A stretch of DNA of 64,000 bases from Bacilli bacterium (GTDB taxonomy: Bacteria; Bacillota_I; Bacilli_A; RFN20; UBA1709), in assembly GCA_050949315.1 (NCBI GenBank), contig JBMNFL010000001.1, forward strand, positions 672,001 to 736,000, in the 5' to 3' direction. The position numbers and the translations under genes are program-made. Under the pieces are notes generated by a model, which did not search any database, was not told the DNA's origin, and worked only from the letters and a program-made list of their open reading frames with translations. Positions 1-8,499 of the stretch are shown here, piece after piece. The stretch's first letter is position 1; each line of letters begins with the position of its first letter.

Positions 1-1026
1 AGAGGCGGCGATATCTGCTCCTGTGTAGTCAAGAATCACTTGTCCTAAATAATCAAAAAGGGGATTTTGATTGAGACGTGCTTGGAATTGATCTTTAATG
101 GCATAGCGTTCATCACAAGTTCCTAAAGGTTTACTTAATTCAATCTCTACTCTTTCCGCCCAAACTTCCAATTCATCAGACACTTGATAGTTTTTAGAAT
201 AATGACAAGGAACAATTTGTCCTTTTTTACTTGTTAATTCCCACTTACCTTCAATCCTGGTGAACTCTAAATCAACTCTTCCTAGTTCTTTACCCGAGTC
301 CCTGATCTCCATTGTTAAAGTATTATTGAGAATATGTGGCCCAAAACGCTGATGTTGATGGCCGCATAATAAAACATCAATATCTAATTCGCTAGCAATT
401 TGATAACCTTCATTTTCTAAAGTATCACGTCCAATTTTTTGACCGGTTTTCAAATCCCTTTCAAAGCCTCCATGATATAAAACCACCAAAACATCACATT
501 GAGTTTTAACCTTAGGTACTATTTCTTTTAAATATTCATAGGCATCGTGAATCTCTAAACCCTTTAGATTTTCTGGATGTTCCCAGTGTGGCAAATGTTG
601 AGTGACGACACCAATAATTCCTACTTTAATTTCGTTAATTTCTCTAATAACATACTTTTGATAAGGAAGACCTTCAATATTGGCGCAGAGCGTTTGAGCG
701 TCCATTAGCTCAAAGAAACGCTTTTGAGCTTTGAGACCATAATTAAAGTCGTGATTGCCAATATTTAAATAATCATATTTTAATTCGTTGTACGCCAGAT
801 TTAAGGGCGCGGGCTCATCCATAGAAGAAGCAAGCCAAAGATCCATCAATGGTGTTCCCTGCATTAAATCACCATTATCGAGAAGTAAATAAGGATTTTT
901 AATTTTTTTAAGGTAATCTTTTAACCACAGAATGCCTCTTTCTGACCAACTATTACTCACATAATCAATCGGAAATAAGGCGCCATGAATATCACTTGTA
1001 TAAATTAAACTTAGACACTTATTCAC
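1..1026 (-). CDS. Bifunctional metallophosphatase / 5'-nucleotidase (2',3'-cyclic-nucleotide phosphodiesterase family), runs off the window edge
   Basis: Not in the ORF track. Manual translation from GTG at 1026 gives MNKCLSLIYTSDIHG...LLDNGDLMQGTP...NIGNHDFNYG, the calcineurin-like DxH, GD and GNH motifs; RBS AAAGGAG upstream; no signal peptide seen. Confidence 0.85.
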   Translation of the reverse strand, partial: MNKCLSLIYTSDIHGALFPIDYVSNSWSERGILWLKDYLKKIKNPYLLLDNGDLMQGTPLMDLWLASSMDEPAPLNLAYNELKYDYLNIGNHDFNYGLKAQKRFFELMDAQTLCANIEGLPYQKYVIREINEIKVGIIGVVTQHLPHWEHPENLKGLEIHDAYEYLKEIVPKVKTQCDVLVVLYHGGFERDLKTGQKIGRDTLENEGYQIASELDIDVLLCGHQHQRFGPHILNNTLTMEIRDSGKELGRVDLEFTRIEGKWELTSKKGQIVPCHYSKNYQVSDELEVWAERVEIELSKPLGTCDERYAIKDQFQARLNQNPLFDYLGQVILDYTGADIAAS

Positions 1027-1162
1027 AATTCCCTTGCTCCTTTCACGTCTTTTTTATTTTAACATTTTTTAGGCATTTTAAAAAGACTTTCATTTGCTCT
1101 TATTGTCCTTGTAAAAGAAGGGCTTATGTGGTTAAATTATGGGTGGACAAATATTACTTTGC

Positions 1163-1230
1163 TGAGTTGTATAGTTAATCGTAGATGGTGATTATGTTTC
1201 TATCCCTCAACCTTAGAGGGACTACACTCA
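1163..1230 (+). ncRNA. Purine-family riboswitch aptamer (guanine-type discriminator C), variant P3/L3
   Basis: P1 TGAG(T)TGTA/TACACTCA; P2 TAATCG/TGATTA with loop TAGATGG; J2/3 GTTTCTA; P3 CCCTC/GAGGG with loop AACCTTA; GACTAC at the 3' junction; loop GG/CC kissing potential. Confidence 0.8.
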
Positions 1231-1259
1231 AAAGTTGTCGTTTTTAGAGTGATACGATT

Positions 1260-1297
1260 AAACCGAGGCTCAACAGGTATATGCGTCTCGGTTTTTT
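1260..1297 (+). terminator. Intrinsic terminator in the riboswitch expression platform
   Basis: AAACCGAGGC/GTCTCGGTTT 10-bp stem followed by a T-run, 26 nt upstream of the ATG at 1324. Confidence 0.8.
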
Positions 1298-1323
1298 ACT
1301 CATTAAATGAAAGGAGAACTTAA

Positions 1324-2358
1324 ATGAGAAAACTATTCAAACTCGCAGCCGCGGTTCTGGCACTCGGTTGCGCCATAGGTGTGGCTTCCTGTGGTGGGAA
1401 AGATGAGAAACTTATCAAAATTCAATTTATTCCCTCTCAAGATGCTTCGATTATCAATACTCAAGCACCTAAGCTCGAAAAACTTTTAGAAGAGCGTATG
1501 CCAGGTTATAAATTCGAAATTAAGGTCGGTACCGACTACACCGCCGTTGTCAACGCCATGTTAGCTGGTCAATGTGACGTTGGCTTTTTAAGTGCTCAAC
1601 AGTATGCCCAAGTCTCGGTTGAAAACCCAGGGAAGGTTGAGCCAATCCTAACGTCTGTTAGATCGGCCTATCAGGTTCAAATTGACTACCAAGGTGATGT
1701 TGAAAATCAAATAAAAGCCATGAATGGCGAAATCACCGACTATGAATACTTAGGTCAACAAGCCGAGCAATCAGTTACCTACTACAATTCAATTTGTATC
1801 ACTATGAGAGATAGCGGAATTAACTCTGTCACTGATTTAGCTGGTAAGAAAGTCGCCACCCAAAAGACTTCTTCTGGTGCTGGTTATGTTTACCCGGCAG
1901 TCTTACTCAACAAGAACAATTTAAAATTCGTTACCACCACTCCTGATGCGAGCAAAGGCGAGGTTCAGGCTGTAACCCAAAACGGTTATCCTGCTGCTGT
2001 TTCTGCCGTCTTAAGTGGTGACGTCGATGCCGCATGGCTCTTCATCGATGTTCGTTATACCGCTTTCTACAACAACAAGGATAGTGAGTACTATCAAAAT
2101 GCTGAAATCTTTACCAAAACTAAAGTTATCGCCTTGTCCGATGGTATTTATAACGATACAATCTCTGTTGTCTCCACTATGAAAGATGAGGTTAAAGCCC
2201 AATTACAAAATGCTTTCCTCGCTTTAGTTAACGATGAAGGTGAAGGCGCTGAAGCCCTATACAAGATCTATTCTCACAAAGGTTACAAATTAGCTACCGA
2301 TGAAGATTATGCTGGCGAAAGAGACGTCTACAACTTCAAGAAAGAACATCTTAATTAA
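1324..2358 (+). CDS. phnD: PhnD-like ABC transporter substrate-binding lipoprotein (ligand probably not a classical phosphonate)
   Basis: Lipobox VASC; FIPS, DYTAVV, SSGAGY, DAAW and IYNDT segments typical of the PhnD/PtxB family; first gene of the operon. Confidence 0.8.
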   Translation: MRKLFKLAAAVLALGCAIGVASCGGKDEKLIKIQFIPSQDASIINTQAPKLEKLLEERMPGYKFEIKVGTDYTAVVNAMLAGQCDVGFLSAQQYAQVSVENPGKVEPILTSVRSAYQVQIDYQGDVENQIKAMNGEITDYEYLGQQAEQSVTYYNSICITMRDSGINSVTDLAGKKVATQKTSSGAGYVYPAVLLNKNNLKFVTTTPDASKGEVQAVTQNGYPAAVSAVLSGDVDAAWLFIDVRYTAFYNNKDSEYYQNAEIFTKTKVIALSDGIYNDTISVVSTMKDEVKAQLQNAFLALVNDEGEGAEALYKIYSHKGYKLATDEDYAGERDVYNFKKEHLN

Positions 2359-2394
2359 TTAAAGAACTATTAATTTTTAGAAAAAGAATGCACT

Positions 2395-3183
2395 ATGATT
2401 AAATTTATAAATGTCGGAAAAACATACCCCAATGGCTTTCAAGCACTACGTGCTGTTAATTTAGAGATTCACGATGGGGAATTTGTCGCAATTATAGGTT
2501 TATCTGGCGCTGGAAAGTCAACACTTTTAAGAACCATTAATAAAATGCACCCCATTACCACGGGTGAACTTTATGTAAACGACAGCGATATTTCTAAACT
2601 AAAAGGACGAAAATTGCGCCTAGTAAGAAGAAATATTGGCATGATTTTCCAATCATTTAACCTAGTTAAACGTTCTTCAGTGTTGAACAATGTTTTAGCA
2701 GGTAGGGTGGCTTACCACTCTACCTTTGTTTCCTTGTTTAACCTTTTCCCCGCCAAGGATAAACTACTTGCGCTTCAATGTTTAGATAAAATGGGAATTT
2801 TAGACAAAGCCTTTGTTCGTGCCGATCAATTGTCCGGTGGTCAACAACAAAGAGTAGCTTTAGCACGTGCTTTGGCTCAAGAACCTAAAATTATATTAGC
2901 TGATGAGCCCGTTGCTTCACTTGACCCCATTACCACAATTGCGGTTATGAATGACTTTAAGCGCATTAATGAGGATATGGGAATTACCATCATCGCTAAT
3001 ATGCATCATGTTGACTTAGCCTTACAATATGCTCGTCGTATCATTGGCATCAAAGCCGGCGAAATTGTCTATGATGGTCCTAGTAGTGAAGTTAATGAGG
3101 AAATTCTTATTTCCATCTATGGTCGTGCACTAAAAGAAGGCGAAATTTTAGGAAATGTTGAGGAAAACAACGAAAAGAAATGA
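2395..3183 (+). CDS. phnC: PhnC-like ABC transporter ATP-binding protein
   Basis: Walker A GLSGAGKS, LSGGQQQRV, ILADEPVASLDP. Confidence 0.9.
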   Translation: MIKFINVGKTYPNGFQALRAVNLEIHDGEFVAIIGLSGAGKSTLLRTINKMHPITTGELYVNDSDISKLKGRKLRLVRRNIGMIFQSFNLVKRSSVLNNVLAGRVAYHSTFVSLFNLFPAKDKLLALQCLDKMGILDKAFVRADQLSGGQQQRVALARALAQEPKIILADEPVASLDPITTIAVMNDFKRINEDMGITIIANMHHVDLALQYARRIIGIKAGEIVYDGPSSEVNEEILISIYGRALKEGEILGNVEENNEKK

Positions 3184-4043
3184 ATAGCAAAGTAGAATCT
3201 CGTTCCCTCTTACAAAAGATTTTTGGCAAAAAAAGCTATATTGTCAATGGGAAAACAATAGTAAAACCTCGTAGCAAAACTCCATTGATTGTTTTAATCT
3301 GTTTAGCGGTTTTTATTTTCTTTTGGCAATTTATTCCCACCAAAAATTTAACCCTTAAATTTGACCAACTTACCGTCTTAATTAAAAAAATGTTTGATCC
3401 TTCTTCTGGTAAAAGCCAAACTTGGGATGGTTGGTTTAGTTATATGTGGGAATTAAGACGTTCGGTTGGTGAAACATTAAAAATGGTTTTAATTGGAACG
3501 TTGGCCGGTGCTGTTATTGCTCTGCCCTTTTCTATTATTGCCGCCCAAAATGTTAGCCGAAAGGTTTGGCTTTATCAGCCGGTTCGGCTATTTGTTAATT
3601 TTATACGGACCATTCCAACTGTCGTACTGGCAGTAGTGGCCATGTTCTTTTGTGGTCTTGGAGCTCTCCCTGGTATTGTTTCAATTACCATTTTCTCTTT
3701 TGGTCTTTTAACCAAAATGCTCTATGAAATTATTGAAACCGTTGATATGGGACCTTTTGAAGCTTTAGAGGCTAATGGAGCCAACAAACTCCAAGCTTTT
3801 AAAATGGCCATTGTTCCCCAATTATTGCCTGTTTTCCTCGGCTATTTTATCTATACATTTGAAATTAATGTCCGTGCCTCAGTCATTCTTGGCTATGTAG
3901 GTGCGGGTGGTATTGGTGCAGAATTGGATAACGCCATGTCCAACATGTATTATGACCATGTCGGAGCCGTGGTGGTTGTTCTTTTCTTCTTAGTTTTAAT
4001 CATTCAAGGTTTAACTAGTTACATTCGAGGTAAGTTAGCATGA
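3180..4043 (+). CDS. phnE: PhnE-like ABC transporter permease 1
   Basis: RTIP, EALEANGAN, FEINVRASVILGYVGAGGIG; ATGA overlap with phnC. Confidence 0.88.
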   Translation: MNSKVESRSLLQKIFGKKSYIVNGKTIVKPRSKTPLIVLICLAVFIFFWQFIPTKNLTLKFDQLTVLIKKMFDPSSGKSQTWDGWFSYMWELRRSVGETLKMVLIGTLAGAVIALPFSIIAAQNVSRKVWLYQPVRLFVNFIRTIPTVVLAVVAMFFCGLGALPGIVSITIFSFGLLTKMLYEIIETVDMGPFEALEANGANKLQAFKMAIVPQLLPVFLGYFIYTFEINVRASVILGYVGAGGIGAELDNAMSNMYYDHVGAVVVVLFFLVLIIQGLTSYIRGKLA

Positions 4044-4882
4044 AATTAAAAAAGCCAAAAATTGACCCTTTGAATTTAACTGTCGAAAATGTCTATAAAA
4101 ACAGACCTAGAAGATGGATTTTTAACCTTGCTCTAGTTCTCTTCTTTTTGGTTTTGATTATTTATTCTTGGAGTACTTTGGGCATTGATGTCAAAGATCG
4201 AGACTTTATGAAATCCTTAGTTGTTATGGCTAAAGGCTTTGCTAACCCCAATGTTGATTTCTTATTAGGTCGCGGAGACTTTGCTGGTGAGTCTGGTGTT
4301 CCTTATCTTATTCTTCAAACTATCGCCATCGCTTTTGTTGGCACACTTATTGGTGCTATCCTTGCTGTTCCCTTTGGTTTTTTAACCGCCCGTAACGTTG
4401 TTGGAAAGTATTCAAAAATCGGTGAAATCCTTTTAATTATCATCAGAACTTTTCCAGAGATTTTACTGGCTTTAGTTTTAGTTAGGTTCAGTGGCACCGG
4501 AGCCTTCACGGGCACGATGGCAGTTGGTATACACTCAATTGGTATGATTGGCAAACTCTATGCTGAATCAATTGAAAACATTGATCCAGGCCCCATTGAA
4601 GCCTTGGATGCTTGTGGTAGCAATACTTTTACTAGAATCAGTAAAGCGATTATGCCACAGGTCTTCCCCGATTTTATGTCAACCGTTCTTTATCGTTTTG
4701 ATATCAACATTCGAACCGCTACTGTTCTTGGCGTCGTCGCCGCGGGCGGTATTGGTGCCCCCATGACTTTTGCTATCTCAGGCTGGTATTGGTCAGATCT
4801 AAGTTCAATCCTCATTGCCATCATTATCATGGTTGTGGTTGTTGATATTGTTTCTAGTCTCTTAAGAAAAAAATTATTATAA
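4040..4882 (+). CDS. phnE: PhnE-like ABC transporter permease 2
   Basis: RTFPE, GKLYAESIE, YRFDINIRTATVLGVVAAGGIG; ATGA overlap. Confidence 0.88.
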   Translation: MKLKKPKIDPLNLTVENVYKNRPRRWIFNLALVLFFLVLIIYSWSTLGIDVKDRDFMKSLVVMAKGFANPNVDFLLGRGDFAGESGVPYLILQTIAIAFVGTLIGAILAVPFGFLTARNVVGKYSKIGEILLIIIRTFPEILLALVLVRFSGTGAFTGTMAVGIHSIGMIGKLYAESIENIDPGPIEALDACGSNTFTRISKAIMPQVFPDFMSTVLYRFDINIRTATVLGVVAAGGIGAPMTFAISGWYWSDLSSILIAIIIMVVVVDIVSSLLRKKLL

Positions 4883-4898
4883 GTTGCTTATTTAAAAT

Positions 4899-4933
4899 AA
4901 AGGATTTACCACAAGGTGAGGTAAATCCTTTTT
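4899..4933. terminator. Bidirectional intrinsic terminator between convergent genes
   Basis: AAAGGATTTACC/GGTAAATCCTTT perfect 12-bp inverted repeat with a T-run. Confidence 0.85.
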
Positions 4934-4940
4934 CTTGTTC

Positions 4941-5759
4941 CTAGAAGAGTTTGTTTTTATAATGTTCTCTATCTAGATCTTTATAAACATTAAAGATGAT
5001 ACGCTCTATTTTATCAGCATGGTCATCCAACCAATCATTGACCGCTTTTACGGCAATTTCAGCCGCTCTTTGGTTAGGAAAAGAAAATTCCCCGGTTGAA
5101 AGACAACAGAAAGCAACTGATTGTAAACCTTCTTCTACACAAAGATTAAGACTGTTTAAATAACAATTTCTCAAATCTTCTTCATGCTTGCTGGTTAACC
5201 TTCCCTCAACAATTGGTCCAACAATATGGATTATCTTTTGGGCTGGTAAATTATAGGCTGGAGTCATTAAAGGAATTGCGACCTTTTGATTATAAGAAGG
5301 ACCAAATTGTTCTTTCAATTTCTGCATTTTTAAATAACAGGCCCTTCTTAGTTCTACTCCCGCATAAGTGTGAATAGCGTTATCAACACAGTAATGTAAG
5401 GGGATAAAACAGCCGAGCATCTGCGAATTGGCGGCATTGACTAAGGCCGCACAGTTAAGTCTAGTTATATCGCCTTGCCAAAGAGAGATTTTAGACCCCC
5501 ATTTTTGATTGCTTCCTTCTTCTTTAATCGTCGGTATTTTTTTATAATCAACAATCCCTCGCTCCTTGTTGCGAGCTTTTAGATACTCATCTTGAACTTT
5601 TAAAATTTCGCTTGCCATCTCTAAAGGTGGGCGAACATTCATTAGGGATCTTAGAAAACTTCTTTTTCTTTCTAAATCTAAAAATAGGGGGACTTTTTCT
5701 ATTCCCGCTTCTTTACTCAATACTTCTAATAAATAATCTAATCTCTCTTCTTGGGTCAT
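4941..5759 (-). CDS. Zinc-type macrodomain protein (protein-ADP-ribose hydrolase)
   Basis: WQGDIT, VNAAN, zinc loop CFIPLHYC (Cx4HxC), DNAIH, HIVGP, FCCLSTGEFSFP. Confidence 0.88.
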   Translation of the reverse strand: MTQEERLDYLLEVLSKEAGIEKVPLFLDLERKRSFLRSLMNVRPPLEMASEILKVQDEYLKARNKERGIVDYKKIPTIKEEGSNQKWGSKISLWQGDITRLNCAALVNAANSQMLGCFIPLHYCVDNAIHTYAGVELRRACYLKMQKLKEQFGPSYNQKVAIPLMTPAYNLPAQKIIHIVGPIVEGRLTSKHEEDLRNCYLNSLNLCVEEGLQSVAFCCLSTGEFSFPNQRAAEIAVKAVNDWLDDHADKIERIIFNVYKDLDREHYKNKLF

Positions 5760-5774
5760 TAGAATTCCTCCTTA

Positions 5775-6635
5775 TCATAAGAAAAATAAAAGTAAGCCGC
5801 CGCCAAATAAAGAGGCAAAATTAGCAACTATAACATAAAACACATGGTGACCAACTGATTTATGAGGATAGTTGTACTTTTTTGCTAATCTTTTCATCCC
5901 CATTATATAAATTATTGCTTCAGTTAGCAAAACTATAATTTCACCTAAAAGAAAAACAAAGATCAAATAAAATATTCCTTGATGATAATTAGTTATATTT
6001 AGAAATATATTGAGAATTAATTGAGTTATTATATTCACAACTAAGATCAACGTTAATTCGTGCTTACGATAAGTAAAAAGCCAGGCTATTGCTAGTTCAA
6101 TGGCAACAGTAATAAGCATACGACCTAAAAGATTAAGAATCTCGCTGAGATAATCATAATTTTTAACTATTGTAAGGCTATTATCTTTAATCTCCACCAC
6201 ATAATGTGAATTAAAAGCATATCTTTCTAAAATTTCGGAACCAATAATAAAAGAATCGTTATCTTCAATATAGACTAAAACTTTAAAAGTTTCTGGTGGA
6301 TAATAAGACCAGGAAAAATCTTGATTAACACTAACTTCTTGAAAATGATGAAGATAATAGAAATTACCAGGATCTGAATAAGCGGTAAATTTTTGATCAA
6401 TAAGACGCAGGGCCTCGTTATCCCAATCACGATATTCTCTATCTACACTCCACGGTCCACTACAATCAGTTTTAGAAAGTAAAGTTAAATAACATTTGTC
6501 ATAATCTAAGGTTTTAACTTTAACAGTAACACTGGGTTTAGGACCAACGTCAGCATTAAGAATAATTCTATTATTAGAAGTTAAAAAAACAAGAAGAAGG
6601 CCGATGCTTAGTATAAAAAATATTCTTCTTTTCAT
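5775..6635 (-). CDS. Membrane protein of unknown function (signal/TM, extracellular domain, about 4 C-terminal TMs)
   Basis: 286-aa ORF with hydrophobic N- and C-termini; ADVGPKPS at the start of the soluble domain. Confidence 0.65.
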   Translation of the reverse strand: MKRRIFFILSIGLLLVFLTSNNRIILNADVGPKPSVTVKVKTLDYDKCYLTLLSKTDCSGPWSVDREYRDWDNEALRLIDQKFTAYSDPGNFYYLHHFQEVSVNQDFSWSYYPPETFKVLVYIEDNDSFIIGSEILERYAFNSHYVVEIKDNSLTIVKNYDYLSEILNLLGRMLITVAIELAIAWLFTYRKHELTLILVVNIITQLILNIFLNITNYHQGIFYLIFVFLLGEIIVLLTEAIIYIMGMKRLAKKYNYPHKSVGHHVFYVIVANFASLFGGGLLLFFL

Positions 6636-6645
6636 ATTCGGCTCT

Positions 6646-7695
6646 TTAATCTAGTTTTTTAAAGATTGCTTTATTGCGACCTTCATTTTTAGCTTGGTAA
6701 AGGCAGTTGTCGGCTTCCAAGGCCAAACTATCTAAAGAAAACATTTTATTGCGTTCAACCTCAATCGCTCCCACGCAAATTGTTTGTTTTATGTCAACTC
6801 CACCCTTGGTAACGAAAACATTTTCGGAAAACGCTAAACAAACTTTCTCTGCAAGGTCTTTAGTTTTATCACCTTCCGTTACAAAAACCGCAAATTCTTC
6901 ACCACCCCAACGACAAACTAAACAATCAGACAAATTCTTGCGAATCAGTTCCATTGAGCGACAAAGAATTTCGTCTCCAACGAAGTGACCATGAATATCA
7001 TTGACATTTTTAAACAAATCTAAATCCAAAATCATAAAACCAAAGCTATTAGCCGTACTCTTTAAAATCGCATCATAAACTTGCTCTGAAAAACCCGAAC
7101 GATTAAAGGCCCCTGTCATTTGATCATGAGTGGCTAGTCTATAATAAGCTCTTTGAGTGTAAATAAAAGCCCCTCCGATAATAATTCCGACTACAATATA
7201 ACAAAAATAAAGTATAGGATAACGCATTAAAAAGGTGCTACCGTAATCATATTGAAGAAGATTTTGCCCTGCTGGAATCCAACAAAGGAAAATGATAATA
7301 ACAAACATAATGCCATTTATTATAAAACCACTCCGTAAACCAAAAAACAAAAAGCCACAGGCAGGTAGTAAAGGAATCCATAAAGTTACAAAACCATTTA
7401 GTGTCCCACTAACGAATAAAACGGTTAAAAAAAGAATGGTTTCAACTTTTAAAAGAAAGGCCATAATTTTTTGCCATATTGGACCAAAGTAAGAGAAAAA
7501 CAGTTTAAACACGCAAAGAACAGCAAAAATCAAGGAATAATTAAGAGGTTTGTCAGTACCGGCAACGATATTGTCAATTCCTATTATAGACCCTAGAATA
7601 CCAAAAGAAATGTAAAGACCACGATGTAAAAACAAGTCTCTTCTTTCAGAATCCAAAATTATTTTCTTAAACTTGTCCAAAATTTTATTAAACAC
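6646..7695 (-). CDS. Membrane-bound diguanylate cyclase (GGDEF domain)
   Basis: About 5-6 TMs, then DQMTGAFNR, DLDLFKNVNDIHGHFVGD, RWGGEEF, ADNCLYQAKNEGRN. Confidence 0.9.
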   Translation of the reverse strand: MFNKILDKFKKIILDSERRDLFLHRGLYISFGILGSIIGIDNIVAGTDKPLNYSLIFAVLCVFKLFFSYFGPIWQKIMAFLLKVETILFLTVLFVSGTLNGFVTLWIPLLPACGFLFFGLRSGFIINGIMFVIIIFLCWIPAGQNLLQYDYGSTFLMRYPILYFCYIVVGIIIGGAFIYTQRAYYRLATHDQMTGAFNRSGFSEQVYDAILKSTANSFGFMILDLDLFKNVNDIHGHFVGDEILCRSMELIRKNLSDCLVCRWGGEEFAVFVTEGDKTKDLAEKVCLAFSENVFVTKGGVDIKQTICVGAIEVERNKMFSLDSLALEADNCLYQAKNEGRNKAIFKKLD

Positions 7696-7816
7696 TTTAG
7701 CCCTTCTCTCCGCGAATGATTTCTGTGTTAACTCTATTTATTATCAGGGTACTCCCTTTTTTAATGTATTTCAATTAAAAAAGACTTTCTTTACATTTTA
7801 ACTAGCGAAAAACCTC

Positions 7817-8488
7817 TTATCTCAACGTACGTAAATAAGCCTTTTGCTCGGGACTAATTCTGTAACTTTCTATGGCTTTTTGGATACTTTTTTGATGTAC
7901 CCAGACATTTAATTTCCCTGTTTGGAAATAACTTATCGTCTTAGACCATTGTTTAGCAAGAGCGGTTGCAAAAAACCATGACTGCATCATTTTAACATAA
8001 TACTCGTCATTAGTAATTTCGGCCACCCAAGTCAAATATTTATCATCAAATTCTTCATCTAAATAAAAATTCATTAAAAACTTGATGCCTAAACGACAAG
8101 TATAAGTGTTCTTACTCTTTAAGAAAGAAGGTATTTCTTGTAAAAGTCTATCAGAATGTTTTTTAAAGGTCTTGGGTGTTAAATTATCACAAACCGCCCA
8201 ATTATTAATGAAAGGTAAAAAAGTTTTTAAAACTTCTAAACATTCATTATAATCTTTAATGTCATTAATAATTAAGGCATGAAGAAGGTTTTCCTCGTGG
8301 TACTTATGCGGTAAATTGCACAAGAGTCTTTGTTTATCTTGATCATTTAAGGTATTTTTAATGGTCTTTCGTAATAAAGGTAGGCGTACTCCAATAATAC
8401 TTTCCGAAGAAATTGTTGGAATCAATTTAGAAATAAATTTGGCATAACTTGACTCAGCTAAGCTTTTTAAATGTTCTAAAACTTTCAT
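7817..8488 (-). CDS. DNA alkylation repair protein (AlkD-like)
   Basis: IGVRLPLLR, NNWAVCD, EYYVKMMQSW, IQKAIES. Confidence 0.85.
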   Translation of the reverse strand: MKVLEHLKSLAESSYAKFISKLIPTISSESIIGVRLPLLRKTIKNTLNDQDKQRLLCNLPHKYHEENLLHALIINDIKDYNECLEVLKTFLPFINNWAVCDNLTPKTFKKHSDRLLQEIPSFLKSKNTYTCRLGIKFLMNFYLDEEFDDKYLTWVAEITNDEYYVKMMQSWFFATALAKQWSKTISYFQTGKLNVWVHQKSIQKAIESYRISPEQKAYLRTLR

Positions 8489-8499
8489 TTTTTTCCTTC

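Noticed and set aside
1324-4882. Phosphonate utilisation operon
   Set aside because: No catabolic phn genes nearby, altered SBP residues and a purine-type leader; the phn symbols mark family only.
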